From: Hyalangium minutum
GTDB taxonomy: Bacteria; Myxococcota; Myxococcia; Myxococcales; Myxococcaceae
Length of the DNA stretch: 248,000 nucleotides
Direction: 5' to 3'
NCBI RefSeq assembly: GCF_000737315.1
Contig: NZ_JMCB01000002.1
Location: 20,001 to 268,000 of the forward strand
The notes beneath the pieces were generated by a model. That model did not search any database, was not told where the DNA came from, and saw nothing but the letters and a program-made list of their open reading frames with translations. Shown piece after piece: positions 197,183 to 207,935 of the stretch. The stretch's first letter is position 1, and every line of letters starts with the position of its first letter. A program made the position numbers and the translations under genes.

Positions 197183-198888
197183 GTGTACTCCATGTGTGAA
197201 GGCTGGAGCCGGATGCCCAGCTCATTGAAGGAATTGACGGTCACGTTCGAGGCGAACAGCTCGTCGAGGATGCAGCCGAAGAGGAACGCGTCCCCGGCTC
197301 CTAGAAAGCTCGTCTCATCGAGCGCCGCCGTGACGCGGTTGCCGCGCAGCGGGCTGCCCTCGAGGAAGCGCGTCCCCGCTCGGACCTCGACGGAGCGGAT
197401 GGCGTTGATGCGCAGCCGGGTGGCCCGCGCCGCCAGGTCATCCGTGAGCCCCTTGAAGTTGTAGAGCTCGAGCAGCCGGCGCAGCACCTCCACATCCGAG
197501 AGGGTCTGCTGGTTCACCGCCAGGTGAGAGAGCAGCCGCCAGTGGAGTTCCGTGCCGAGTGGCGCACGCGCGGGCCGGCTCACGGGGGAGATGTTCTTGA
197601 AGCGCGCGTTCGTCGGAGAGGTGATGGTGGGCAGGTGGACATCCCCCACCTGCAGCCGCGTGGGGAGCGAGCGGTGCGTACACGTGAGCTCGATGGACAG
197701 CGTCTCCTCCTCGATGGAGGGCATCACGTCCCGGGGCGTCTCCAGCGACAGATACGTGTCGATGCCGTCGTCAATGGGCGACGCCGCCCTGCGCAGGCGG
197801 TAGAAGGCAGGCTCCACGCCGTGCCCCGCGGCGTGGGCAAACTCGAAGAAGGGGCGGTAGGTGCGCCGCTCGTTGGCCCCGGCCTGCAGGCCGATGACCG
197901 AGTCCACCGAGAAGATCTCCATGTGCCTCGGCTCGACGCCTTCGGCGCGCAGGAGCTGGTCGTGGGACAGCACACTGTGGCGCAGAGGGTGCGCGGAGGC
198001 AGAGAAGAGGTTGACCGCAGGCGTGCAGTAGAGGCGGAACATCTCCTGGCCCACGCGCGCCTCCAAAGGGGGCGGGCGCTCGAACTGGAAGGCCAGCTCG
198101 AACCGGTCGCTCGCGATGTGCTTTGCGGCATCCAGCCCCCGTACCTCGAAGAAGAGGAACTTCTCCGGCAGGGTGAAGTACTCCTGGAGCTGCCGATAGC
198201 CCTCGGCGGAGCGAGGCCAGGGCAGCATGCGGAAATCCCGATCGAACCCCAGCGGGTGGATGGCCCGAGGTCCGAGCTGGACGGACTTCCCGAAGTCGTT
198301 GTTGACCTGGACGCCGCGGCAGTAGCGCAGCAGCCACAGGAGCATGAGGGCGCTGGTGGCCAGCTCGGCGTGGATGAACAGCCGCAGCCCCTCGGCCCGG
198401 AAGATCTCCGGATAAATCTGCTCGTGGGCCTGGAAGAAGAGCCGCAGCACGGGGGAGGTGACAGACGACTTGTCGAGCAGCGCCTCCTCCAGCGTCAGCG
198501 GGAGCAGCTCCACATCCGAGGTGGTGCGGAAGACGCACGAGGTGCCATCGAGCGGGCGTGCCCCAATCTCCACCCCGGCGGGGATGGTGGCCCGGCCGCG
198601 CAGCGCCTTCACCTGCGGGGTGAACTCGATGACGGTGGAGGCGGGGACGGGCCGCAGGTAGTGCGGCAGCAGCAGGTCCGTCAGGACATGGACCATCTCT
198701 GGCACGTCGTCGTCCACGCGCTCGCGGATGCGCGCCGTCAGGAAGGCGAAGCCCTCGAGCAGCCGCTCGACGTCGGGATCCGCGCCACGCTCCACGAGCA
198801 TGCCCGCGACGCCGGGGTTGGCCAGGCCGAACGCGCGCCCCATTTCCCGGAGGTAGGCCAACTCGCTCAAGAAGTACTTGCTGAACAT
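197146..198888 (-). CDS. tssF: T6SS baseplate TssF
   Basis: ELAYLRE; DPDVERLLEGFAFL; CTPAVNLF. Confidence 0.95.
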   Translation of the reverse strand: MFSKYFLSELAYLREMGRAFGLANPGVAGMLVERGADPDVERLLEGFAFLTARIRERVDDDVPEMVHVLTDLLLPHYLRPVPASTVIEFTPQVKALRGRATIPAGVEIGARPLDGTSCVFRTTSDVELLPLTLEEALLDKSSVTSPVLRLFFQAHEQIYPEIFRAEGLRLFIHAELATSALMLLWLLRYCRGVQVNNDFGKSVQLGPRAIHPLGFDRDFRMLPWPRSAEGYRQLQEYFTLPEKFLFFEVRGLDAAKHIASDRFELAFQFERPPPLEARVGQEMFRLYCTPAVNLFSASAHPLRHSVLSHDQLLRAEGVEPRHMEIFSVDSVIGLQAGANERRTYRPFFEFAHAAGHGVEPAFYRLRRAASPIDDGIDTYLSLETPRDVMPSIEEETLSIELTCTHRSLPTRLQVGDVHLPTITSPTNARFKNISPVSRPARAPLGTELHWRLLSHLAVNQQTLSDVEVLRRLLELYNFKGLTDDLAARATRLRINAIRSVEVRAGTRFLEGSPLRGNRVTAALDETSFLGAGDAFLFGCILDELFASNVTVNSFNELGIRLQPSHMEYTWPPRNGSQLTL

Positions 198889-198910
198889 GAAATGCCCTCG
198901 GACTGCTGGC

Positions 198911-199306
198911 TCACCACAGATCGATTTGGCTGTTTCGCCCCAGCCGCGTGTAGAAGCGGATGGGCCGGCGGGAACCCCGGTGCACCAGTTGTGCGGAGAC
199001 CTCGAACTTGAGGCTGGTGGGGTCCAGCTCGTCAGGAACGTGAAGGACGGCGACGTTCTTCAGGCGCGGCTCGTATTCCTGGATGGCCTGCCGCAGAGAC
199101 ATCTGCATCCGCTCGATGGCGGACGGGAACGTGTGGATGATGTCGTTGAAGTCCATGATGCCAAAGCCGGGCGCCGCCACGGACTCCCCCTTGCGGGTGT
199201 TGAACAGCACGCGCAGGTGCTGGGTGACCTCCTCGACGGGATCGCCCCGCCGCGAGGTATGCACATCGCCACTCTTGATTCGGGAGAAGAGGCCGCGGGT
199301 CGCCAT
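198911..199306 (-). CDS. tssE: T6SS baseplate TssE
   Basis: LRVLFNTR; YEPRL. Confidence 0.9.
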   Translation of the reverse strand: MATRGLFSRIKSGDVHTSRRGDPVEEVTQHLRVLFNTRKGESVAAPGFGIMDFNDIIHTFPSAIERMQMSLRQAIQEYEPRLKNVAVLHVPDELDPTSLKFEVSAQLVHRGSRRPIRFYTRLGRNSQIDLW

Positions 199307-199366
199307 GGGTGTGGAACCTCCAGGGGAGCGCCCGATGCCGAAACGGGCGCCCCCCTGAAGCGGGAG

Positions 199367-199858
199367 CTAGCGCTGCTGGCTCCAGGAATCCTCGTGCGTC
199401 ACGCCACCGTTGGTGTACGTCCAGCTGATGGTGTGGAACACGAACGTGAGCTCCTCGAGGGCCGGATCCTTCGAGGTGGCCGGGACGATGGTGTCCGGCA
199501 CCACGTGCTTGATGGTGTTGATGCGGCCCTGCTTGAACGTCGTCGTGTAGAACTGCTCCGTCGTGCCGTCACCGGTCGGGTTCGGGCGGAAGAACTTGAA
199601 CGTCGCCTCGATGACCTGGTTCTCGCACAGCGCCTTCATCAGCAGCGGCGTGGACTTGTCGATGCGCTTACGGATGAGCAGCGGCTGGTACTGGCGCCGG
199701 CCCGTGGCGAGGCCGGAGCCGGACTCGCGCGCGGTGATGACGCCCTGCTCGTAGTAGACGCACTCGATGGAGCCTTCGCGGCCCAGGCTGACCTGGGTGC
199801 TCTCGCCCTTGATCTCCGTGCCGTTTGCCTTCAAGTAGAGATGTACTGTCTCGGCCAT
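199367..199858 (-). CDS. hcp: T6SS tube protein Hcp
   Basis: IKGES; IRKRIDKSTPLL; ISWTY. Confidence 0.95.
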   Translation of the reverse strand: MAETVHLYLKANGTEIKGESTQVSLGREGSIECVYYEQGVITARESGSGLATGRRQYQPLLIRKRIDKSTPLLMKALCENQVIEATFKFFRPNPTGDGTTEQFYTTTFKQGRINTIKHVVPDTIVPATSKDPALEELTFVFHTISWTYTNGGVTHEDSWSQQR

Positions 199859-199988
199859 TTCTGCCTCGTTGGGACTGCGGGGTGGGTTGCTGAACCGGGC
199901 CCGTTGCCGGGCCCGGCGGTGATGAGGACTTCACCGGCTGCCTGGTGCGACGACAGCCAGTCCTCTCCCGCTCCAGAGGGAGCGAGGA

Positions 199989-201476
199989 TCACTGCTTGTC
200001 GAGCTTGCCGACGAGCGACAGGGTGAAGGAGGCACCCATGTACTTGAAGTGGGGACGGACCTGGACGCTGCACCGGTACCAGCCGGGCTGGCCCTCCACG
200101 TCCTCGACGCTGACGCGCGCGTTGCGCAGCGGCCGGCGCGAGCGGACCGCCGGCGCCGGATCATCCATGTCCGCGACGTACTGGCTCAGCCAGTTGTTCA
200201 GCTCGCGCTCGAGGTCCGAGCGCTCCTTCCAGCTGCCGATCTGCTCGCGCTGGAGCACTTTGATGTAGTGCGCCAGGCGGGTCATGATGAACATGTAGGG
200301 CAACTGGGTGCTGAGCCGGTAGTTCGTCTCCGCCGCCTTGCCCTCGGGCGTACCGCCGAAGAGCTTGGGACGCTGCGTGGAGTTGGCCGAGAAGAAGGCC
200401 GCGTTGTCCGCGGACTTGCGGAACACCATGCCGATGAAGCCCTCCTCGGACAGCTCGTACTCGCGCCGCTCGGTGAGGAGCACCTCGGTGGGGATCTTCG
200501 TCTGGATCTCCCCCATGGCCTCGTAGTTGTGCAGCGGCAGGTTCTCCACCGCGCCGCCGGACTGCGGGCCGATGATGTTCGGGGCCCAGCGGAACTTGGC
200601 GAACGACGCGGCCACGCGGGTGGCCAGTGCCGTGGAGGCGGTGCCCCACAGGTATCGCTCATGGTGGCCGACGACGTCCTCGTTGTAGTTGAAGGACTTC
200701 ACCGGCACGGTGGCCTCGCCGTAGGGCAGGCGCAGCAGGAAGCGCGGCAGGCACAGCCCCACGTAGCGGCTGTCCTCGCTGTCGCGGAAGGACTGCCAGC
200801 GCGCGTACTGAGGCATCTCGAACATCGCCTTCAGGTCCTTGAGGTTCGGCAGGTTGAGGAAGCTCTTCTCGCCGAAGAACTCAGGCCCCGCGTTGGAGAT
200901 GAACGGCGCATGGGCCATGGCCGCCACCGAGGCGCACTTGGTCAGCAGCGCCATGTCCTGCGGGCCGGGCCCGAAGTCGAAATCCCCGCACATCAGCCCG
201001 TAGGGCTTGCCACCGAACACGCCATACTCGTTGGAGTAGACGAGCTTGTAGAGGCCGGACTTCACCGTCTCAGGAGCGTCCTCGAAGTCCTTGAGCAGGT
201101 CTCCCTTGGACACGTTGAGCATCTCCACGCGGATGTTCTCGCGGAAGTCCACCTTGTCGATGAGGAACTTCAGCCCGCGCCACCGGGACTCCATGGACTG
201201 GAGGGTGGGGTGGTGGAGGATCTCGTCCAGCTGGGAGCTCATCCGCCGGTCGATCTCGGCGATCATCGCGTCCACCAGCGCCTGGTCGATGCGCTCCTGG
201301 GGCCGATGGGGCGCCAGCATCTCGGTGATGAAGGCCTGGACGCCGCGGCGGGCCACGTCGTACCCCTCGTCGCGCGGCTTGAGCTTGGCCTCGGCGAGGA
201401 TGGTGTCGAGCAGCGAGCCGTCGCTCTCCACCGTGGTCTTCGAGTCGTTCTTGAGCAGGTTCTTGTCGGTATTCAT
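199989..201476 (-). CDS. tssC: T6SS sheath large subunit
   Basis: ILHHP; AHAPF; RFLLRLPYG; VRPHF. Confidence 0.97.
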   Translation of the reverse strand: MNTDKNLLKNDSKTTVESDGSLLDTILAEAKLKPRDEGYDVARRGVQAFITEMLAPHRPQERIDQALVDAMIAEIDRRMSSQLDEILHHPTLQSMESRWRGLKFLIDKVDFRENIRVEMLNVSKGDLLKDFEDAPETVKSGLYKLVYSNEYGVFGGKPYGLMCGDFDFGPGPQDMALLTKCASVAAMAHAPFISNAGPEFFGEKSFLNLPNLKDLKAMFEMPQYARWQSFRDSEDSRYVGLCLPRFLLRLPYGEATVPVKSFNYNEDVVGHHERYLWGTASTALATRVAASFAKFRWAPNIIGPQSGGAVENLPLHNYEAMGEIQTKIPTEVLLTERREYELSEEGFIGMVFRKSADNAAFFSANSTQRPKLFGGTPEGKAAETNYRLSTQLPYMFIMTRLAHYIKVLQREQIGSWKERSDLERELNNWLSQYVADMDDPAPAVRSRRPLRNARVSVEDVEGQPGWYRCSVQVRPHFKYMGASFTLSLVGKLDKQ

Positions 201477-201498
201477 GGGTGGTTTTCCTCGGGAGGGG

Positions 201499-202008
201499 CT
201501 ACTGCTTCGGCGCGCTCTTCTCGTCAGCCTTCATGCCGAGCTCGCGCATGAGCGTCTGGCGGCTGTCCGCGTCGTTGAGCAGGTCCTGGAGCTTGCGGCG
201601 GAACGCGGGGATGTTGCCCAGGGGGCCCTTGAGGGCGTGCAGCGCGTGGCGCAGCCGCAGCAGCTTCTCGAGCTCCGGCACCTGGTGGACGATGCTCTCC
201701 GGGTTGAAGTCGGAGATGTTGCGGAACTGCAGCGTCACCGGCAGCGTGGCGCCCTCTTCCTGGGAGAGCTTGTCCGGCACGGAGAGCGACACCTTGAGGT
201801 TCTGCTGCGCCATCACGTCGTTGAAGTTGTCCTTGTCGACGTTGATGGGAGCCCGCTCCTCGATGGGCCGCTCATCGGGCATCCCCGTGAAGTCCCCCAT
201901 CATGAGGATCTTCAGCGGCAGCTCGACTTGCTCCTGCGCGTTGCCGGTCGCAGGTTGGTAGACGATGTTGACGCGCTCAGTGGGGGCTACGGAGGTTTCC
202001 TTGCTCAT
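201499..202008 (-). CDS. tssB: T6SS sheath small subunit
   Basis: RVNIVY; ELPLKIL; DFNPE; VPEL. Confidence 0.96.
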   Translation of the reverse strand: MSKETSVAPTERVNIVYQPATGNAQEQVELPLKILMMGDFTGMPDERPIEERAPINVDKDNFNDVMAQQNLKVSLSVPDKLSQEEGATLPVTLQFRNISDFNPESIVHQVPELEKLLRLRHALHALKGPLGNIPAFRRKLQDLLNDADSRQTLMRELGMKADEKSAPKQ

Positions 202009-202140
202009 CTGCGGCCAATCCTTTGTTGGGTACGAGGGTTGAGGTGCGGACTGCGGTACGGCGGGTGAAAAGACAGACGGGGAGCCAGACGGCGCGCGGA
202101 GCGGCCGCGGAGTGAGGACTTCCGTGTGGACACGGCACCG

Positions 202141-205100
202141 CTAGGGCGAAGTCTTCGCGGTGACGATGGGCGGAGGGCAGCCCTGGACGGCCTGGGAGAT
202201 GCCGGCGGGAGGGACCAGGCGCGGGTCCCGGAAGATCTGCAGCAGCCGCGAGGTGTTGCTCCCCGACGTGCCGAAGAAGGGGTTGGCGAGGCGCTCGGGA
202301 CGCAGGTCGATGGAGATCTGCGCGTTGTTCAGATCGGGGACTTCCCAGGTGGCGGTGAAGAAGCGGCCGTCCGTGCTGGGCTCGATCTTCTTGGCGCGCT
202401 CCAGGAGGCGGAAGAGGCCCCACTCACCCGGCGCGTCGAGGTCCGCGGTGTTGCCTGAGGTGCTCACGATGTGGATGTGGGCGCCGAGCTTGCCCGCGGG
202501 ACCCGGCCAGGTCATGGCCCTCCACCGGTCATCGGGGCCATTGCGGTAGAGTTCTTCGGAGCCATCCAGGGTCAGGGTGATCGATGCGATCTCCGAGGGA
202601 GCGGAATCCGCCGCGGTGCCCGGGCGCATGCGCACCATGAAGCGGACGAGCGGCTCCTGGGTGTCGCCGGGGAACAGCGTCATGGCGAGGTTGTTGATGC
202701 GCTCCAGGTAGGTGAGCAGCTCATCCTTGTACAGACCCATGCCAGGGGCGGTCTTCACCGCGAACACATGGCGCCTTCCATCCGGGAGCACCTCCTCGCT
202801 GAGCTGGGTCTGCAGGAACTTCCGGACCGTGCCCGTGGAGGGATGCAGGAACTGGGTGAACTCAGGCAGGGGCGCATCCAGCAGCGAGTCCTTGTTGAAG
202901 GGGTACCTGTTGGCCATCAGGGACACGAAGGGCCCGAAGATCTCGTCACACCACTTCCGGCTCTTCTTCTCGGCCACGTCTCGCCGGACGACCGTCCCCA
203001 CCTGCTTGAGCGGAGGCAGAAGGATCTGCTCGAAGACGGCGTGAGCGCCTTCCTGGCTCTGAATGAGCAGCGAGACGGTGTTGCGGGTGGAGGTGATCTT
203101 CTCGATCAACACCATGGCCTCGTTGGGCTTGTCGCGCACCTCCTTCAGGGTGGTGAGCACCAGGTTGAGCTGGTCCTGGTAGGAGTCGAGCTGCGTCAGC
203201 TTTTCCTCGCCGTCATCAGTCGCCGAGGTCTTGGTGATGAAGGCCAGGATGGGGCTGAAGTTCTTCTCCACGGCCGCAGGGGTCAGCTCGGTCTCGCCTA
203301 TCGAGGACTCGGGATCGACGAGCCGGGCAGGCCCCTCCTCCGTCGCGGAAGTGCCGGCGGGCTTGTTGAGGGCCTTGGAGATCAGCGCGGACAGCGTGTT
203401 GCCCGAGGCCACCTTGGGGCTCTCCAGATGAACGTTGTAGGCGAGCGTGCGGAAGAGCTTGCCAATGGGGGCTGGCTTGCCTCGTGTGAGGCTCTCGAGG
203501 AGCAGCTCCGTCTGGCTCCAGTCCTTGGGCTCCTCCACGCGGACGGAGTAGAGGAAGTCTGTCCACTCCTGGATGTACTGCTGGTAGTAGCGGGTGCGGA
203601 GCTCCGCGCGGTTGGCCTCCTCGTTCTCGCGGGAGTCCCGGTTGAGCACCCAGGCCTCGGAACCCTGGAAGGCCGAGTCCATTCGCGCACGGACCCACTC
203701 CTCCCAGGCCAGCCGCGTGAAGGCGCCGTTGACGCGCTTCGTCGCCCGCATGAAGGGGACGGCACCCACCGAGTCGCCCAGGGACACGCCCGGGTACTCA
203801 CGGTTGGCCTGGCTGACGATGCGCTCCAGCTCCAGCGTTGCGAGCGGGACTCGGTTGAGGGCCCGGCGGGCGGAGATCACCACCCGCTCGTCTCGCGAGA
203901 AGGCCAGCTGGAGAGGGTCCGCCGCCAGCATGGCGATGTACGTCTGCGCGTGGCGGGTGATGGCTTGCTCGAGGCTCACCTCTCCGTTGCGATCGCGGAT
204001 GTCCTCCCAGTGCCGGAGCATCTGCTTGACGATCCACGCCTGATGCGATTCATCGAGCGGTGGCTCGTTCGGAGGCCGGGGATAGGCAGGGTTGGGAGAG
204101 TCGGTGAGGTAGGTGATGAGCAGATACATCTTCAGATCATCGAAGTGCTTGCCGTAGGACTCGTTGCTGGGCTTCCAGTCCACCCGGTCCTGGTTCTGAG
204201 CGAACAGCTCCAGGTTCTGCCGGATGCGATCATGCTGACGGCCGAGGAGCAGCCACTTGAGCTGGCTGTTGTAGAAGGATTGGGCCAGCGCGAAGAGCTG
204301 GTCTCCCTTGTACAGGCCCAGGCGCAGCCACAGCGGTACGCCCTCTACCCGGTGCCGGTTCAGATCCGCAAGGTGTTGCTGCAGAGGGCTCAGCTCCTGG
204401 ATGCGGCTGATGTCGTCGTTGGTCTCCAGCTTCACCGCGACAATGGTGTCGCGGACCTTACGGAGCATCTGCCGGTTCTTGAAGAAGGAGATCGTAGGCA
204501 GGGTCAGCAGCGCCACGGTGAAGGCGAGGCAGGCTCCCGCCACGGCGTAGCGGCGCTTGCGCCGGCGGATCTCTTCCATGGAGCTGATGACCGCGAGCTT
204601 CTGGTCCTGGAACATGACCTTGGTGAACACGTCCCAGAGGAAGAAGCTGCGGCTCTCCGAGGTCTGCTCGGGGTTGACGCGAGGCGCGGCGAGCGTCGGC
204701 TCGCTGGAGGAGGCAGAAGCGCGCGGGTCGGTGACGCGGTGCTCCTGGGAGCCGCTGGTGAAGTAGACGCCGCGCATGATGGGAGTGTCTTGGAAGACGT
204801 TCTCCATGAAGAGCGGCTGGATGAACTCCGTGAGGTTCTTGCGGATCGCGTGCACGCTGTGCGGGAACTGGTAGATGCGCTCGCGTGCCTCCAGCCGCCG
204901 CTCCTGGCCGATCCGCCGGACGGAGCGCTGCTCCAGGATGGCGGTGAGCTCGTCGAAGCGCTTGAGCAGCAGCTCGGTGGGCGCCTCGGGCTGAGCCGTC
205001 AGCGGCACGGTGAAGCCCCAGATCTGCCCTCGCTCGGAGCGAGGCAGGTCGGCGAACATCTCCACGAACCCGGTGAGCAGATCACACTTGGTGATCATCA

Positions 205101-205842
205101 CGTAGATGGGGACCACGATGCGCAGCCGGGACGTCAGCTCGTCGATGCGCTCGCGCAGCCGCTGGCCCAGCTCGCCTGCGGCCTGGGGATCTGCGCCCAT
205201 CAGCTCGCTCACGCTCACCGTCACGACGAGCCCATTGAGGGGCCGATAGGGCCGGTGCTTGCCCAGGGTGTCCAGGAACGAGATCCACTCATCCCGGTCT
205301 TCTTCCGACTCGACATAGCGGCCCGCCGCGTCCAGGAACACCGCGTCATTGGTGAGCCACCAGTCGCAGTGACGTGTCGGGCTCACACTTCGCCCGTTCC
205401 CACCGCCCCGGTTGGAAAGGTAAGGGAACTTCAGCCCAGAGTTGCGCAGGGCGGTGCTCTTGCCCGACTCGGTGGAGCCGATGACGAGGTACCACGGCAA
205501 AACCGTGAGCGCGTCCCGCCCACCTCGAGCGAGCTTGGACGTCTTCAGCGACGAGATGGCACGGGAGAACTCGGCCTGCATGGCCTCGATCTCCGGGCGG
205601 GCCTCGGTGCGAGGAGCTGCCTTGGCTGGCTGCGGCGCTGAGGCCTCCGGAGGCTTCTGTTCAGCCTGCTCGGCTTTCTTCCTCGCGGCGCGGGCGCGCC
205701 AGCGGCGGACCATGGAGACGATCAGTGCAAAGAACAACGTCACAGCCGTAGCGGCCAGTCCCAGCCAGACAGGTTGATGGAAGTACCAGGTGCCTCCCCA
205801 GATGAGGCCCAACAGCAGTGTGATGAGGAAGAAGAACTTCAT
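202141..205842 (-). CDS. tssM: T6SS membrane subunit TssM
   Basis: LPWYLVIG; DAAGRY; TKCDL; RGVYFTSG; YPF. Confidence 0.95.
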   Translation of the reverse strand: MKFFFLITLLLGLIWGGTWYFHQPVWLGLAATAVTLFFALIVSMVRRWRARAARKKAEQAEQKPPEASAPQPAKAAPRTEARPEIEAMQAEFSRAISSLKTSKLARGGRDALTVLPWYLVIGSTESGKSTALRNSGLKFPYLSNRGGGNGRSVSPTRHCDWWLTNDAVFLDAAGRYVESEEDRDEWISFLDTLGKHRPYRPLNGLVVTVSVSELMGADPQAAGELGQRLRERIDELTSRLRIVVPIYVMITKCDLLTGFVEMFADLPRSERGQIWGFTVPLTAQPEAPTELLLKRFDELTAILEQRSVRRIGQERRLEARERIYQFPHSVHAIRKNLTEFIQPLFMENVFQDTPIMRGVYFTSGSQEHRVTDPRASASSSEPTLAAPRVNPEQTSESRSFFLWDVFTKVMFQDQKLAVISSMEEIRRRKRRYAVAGACLAFTVALLTLPTISFFKNRQMLRKVRDTIVAVKLETNDDISRIQELSPLQQHLADLNRHRVEGVPLWLRLGLYKGDQLFALAQSFYNSQLKWLLLGRQHDRIRQNLELFAQNQDRVDWKPSNESYGKHFDDLKMYLLITYLTDSPNPAYPRPPNEPPLDESHQAWIVKQMLRHWEDIRDRNGEVSLEQAITRHAQTYIAMLAADPLQLAFSRDERVVISARRALNRVPLATLELERIVSQANREYPGVSLGDSVGAVPFMRATKRVNGAFTRLAWEEWVRARMDSAFQGSEAWVLNRDSRENEEANRAELRTRYYQQYIQEWTDFLYSVRVEEPKDWSQTELLLESLTRGKPAPIGKLFRTLAYNVHLESPKVASGNTLSALISKALNKPAGTSATEEGPARLVDPESSIGETELTPAAVEKNFSPILAFITKTSATDDGEEKLTQLDSYQDQLNLVLTTLKEVRDKPNEAMVLIEKITSTRNTVSLLIQSQEGAHAVFEQILLPPLKQVGTVVRRDVAEKKSRKWCDEIFGPFVSLMANRYPFNKDSLLDAPLPEFTQFLHPSTGTVRKFLQTQLSEEVLPDGRRHVFAVKTAPGMGLYKDELLTYLERINNLAMTLFPGDTQEPLVRFMVRMRPGTAADSAPSEIASITLTLDGSEELYRNGPDDRWRAMTWPGPAGKLGAHIHIVSTSGNTADLDAPGEWGLFRLLERAKKIEPSTDGRFFTATWEVPDLNNAQISIDLRPERLANPFFGTSGSNTSRLLQIFRDPRLVPPAGISQAVQGCPPPIVTAKTSP

Positions 205843-205844
205843 GA

Positions 205845-206537
205845 CTACTGCCCCCCCTTCGCGACGGTGGCCATGTGAAGCTCGATGTCGTGGAGCATGG
205901 TGGAGGCAGTACGATCGAGGGCGAGATAGAGGCCCCCATAGAAGAGGAGTGCCACGGCGACAGCCGCGAAGGCTGCGGAGGTGAGCGAGAGCCGGCGCTT
206001 GGCCAGGGCGAGGTTCTCGGACGGGCGGTCACCGTGAGGAGCAAGCAAGTCGAAGTCGAACGGCTGGGCTCGTTCCAGGTCCTTCTGGATGCTGTCAATG
206101 AGGCTCATCAGCTCCAGCTCGCCCCCTCGGATGCGGTAGCGACCCTGAAAGCCGAACAACAGACACAGGTAATAGACCCGGAGGACCTCGGCGCGGTGGG
206201 GATCCTTGCGGATGGCATTGACGCGGTTGAAGAAGCTGTCGCCGGCGACGGTCTCGTGGAAGTAGTGGAGTTGCAGCAGGTTGCTCATCCAGAACTGCCG
206301 GTACTGCTCGGGCTTGTTGAGGACGATGTCGTCCATCAGCGCCACGAGGGCGTAGCCCATGTCCTGTGCGTCCTGATGGCTGAACCCCAGCACCGCCGCG
206401 CGCCGGAGCACTTCGTCGATGACACCGCGGAGCCGGTGGTTCAGCACTTCCGGAGGGGGAATCTCAGCGGCCTCCGCGTGGCGGAGCCGGATGATGGTGT
206501 CGAAGCAGTCCTTCGTGGCCTCGTTGACTCGATCCAT
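205845..206537 (-). CDS. tssL: T6SS TssL/DotU
   Basis: AGDSFF; YYLCLLFGFQGRY. Confidence 0.93.
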   Translation of the reverse strand: MDRVNEATKDCFDTIIRLRHAEAAEIPPPEVLNHRLRGVIDEVLRRAAVLGFSHQDAQDMGYALVALMDDIVLNKPEQYRQFWMSNLLQLHYFHETVAGDSFFNRVNAIRKDPHRAEVLRVYYLCLLFGFQGRYRIRGGELELMSLIDSIQKDLERAQPFDFDLLAPHGDRPSENLALAKRRLSLTSAAFAAVAVALLFYGGLYLALDRTASTMLHDIELHMATVAKGGQ

Positions 206538-206570
206538 GACAGTTCCAGGGAGCTTTCAGGCAAAAGAGGC

Positions 206571-207935
206571 TCAGCGGCCCACGTTGGGCACGGCGAGCAG
206601 TTCGATGGAGGTTTGGCTGGAGTTGAAAGGGTGCGGCAGGTAGAGGGCCACGGCATGCTCGCGCAGCACGTTCCTCCAGCCAGCGTCCTGAGTGAGGGTG
206701 AAGTAGGAGGCCCCCGGGCGGATGGGCACTTCCGGTGGAGGCCGGTAGGTGACCTGCAGGGGGATGCCCTGGCTGGTGGCCTGCACCAGTCCCTGGATTT
206801 CCGACCAGCTTCCCAGCTTCGAGAGCTTGGGCAGTTGATCGACGATGGTCTGCTCCGGCAGCTCGCTCCGGACCATGATCAGGAACTGGCCGCAGCGGTC
206901 GATCCGCTCATCCTCCAGCTTGGCCCGGTAGAGCCCGTCCGCTCCCCGCTCCAGCGGTACGGTGATGCACTGCTCCAGTGCCACGGAGCGCATCAGCTCC
207001 GTCAGGCGGCGAAACAGCTCTTCGAAGGTGACGCGGAGGTTGGTGAACTGAAAGGGCGGCATGACCGAAGGGTCAGCCTCCGCCGAGAATGTGCAGAGCT
207101 GCCCTCCGAGCCGGCTCAGCATGAGGTAGAGATCATGCGGGCGCATGTTCCCGGCCTCGATCACGTGAGACAGGAACGGGATGACGCCATTAAGGGCGTG
207201 CAGTTCCAGGAAGAGCGTGACGTCCGAGGCCGTGAACTCGAGCGAGGACTCATCCCGGTGCCGCCGCCGCGTGGCGATCTGCCGCTGCTTGGAGACGATG
207301 AGCCGCAGCAACGAGCGCAGCTCGCTCATGATGTACGGAGAGGCGCCGATGCGCAGGCACGGAGGGATGTAGGTGTCGACGAGCACCAAGCTCCCTGACT
207401 TGTCGCGAGCGAGCTCGGCGATCTTCAGCGCATCGAAGTCATCCCGGGGCTCATCGCCGAACAGGAGCTTCATGTTCCGCTGCGCGAAGGAGATATGGAT
207501 GACGGAGGTAGACGCGTGCAGGTCACCCACGGGGCGGCTGCGAGGCGAGAAGCGAGGGCTTGCGCCCAGCTTGCCCGCGGCGCCGTAGCTCTCCACGTCG
207601 CTGCGCTCCTTGGGGATGCCGAGGTAGACCTCAAGCAGCTGCTGCGTCGGCCGGAAGTGCCCCTCCACGGGCCGGGCCGCGGGGGACTCCTCGTGACCAG
207701 CCTCGAAGCCAACGGAGAGCCCGTCCGGCAGGATGCCGAAGAACTCGAGGAGGCTGACCTGGCCTGCGCGCAGAGCTTCCATGTCGAACTGCATGGAGGC
207801 CACGCCCCAGGGATAGAGGCACACCGAGCTCAGGCGGGTCTCCACGAGGGACTCGTGGTAGAGGTCCAGCTGCTGCATGTGGTGGGGACTCATGAACATC
207901 CCCTCGGACCAGATGATGCGCTGCGGGGCCTTCAT
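206571..207935 (-). CDS. tssK: T6SS baseplate TssK
   Basis: WSEGMFMSPHHMQQ; YIPPCL. Confidence 0.94.
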   Translation of the reverse strand: MKAPQRIIWSEGMFMSPHHMQQLDLYHESLVETRLSSVCLYPWGVASMQFDMEALRAGQVSLLEFFGILPDGLSVGFEAGHEESPAARPVEGHFRPTQQLLEVYLGIPKERSDVESYGAAGKLGASPRFSPRSRPVGDLHASTSVIHISFAQRNMKLLFGDEPRDDFDALKIAELARDKSGSLVLVDTYIPPCLRIGASPYIMSELRSLLRLIVSKQRQIATRRRHRDESSLEFTASDVTLFLELHALNGVIPFLSHVIEAGNMRPHDLYLMLSRLGGQLCTFSAEADPSVMPPFQFTNLRVTFEELFRRLTELMRSVALEQCITVPLERGADGLYRAKLEDERIDRCGQFLIMVRSELPEQTIVDQLPKLSKLGSWSEIQGLVQATSQGIPLQVTYRPPPEVPIRPGASYFTLTQDAGWRNVLREHAVALYLPHPFNSSQTSIELLAVPNVGR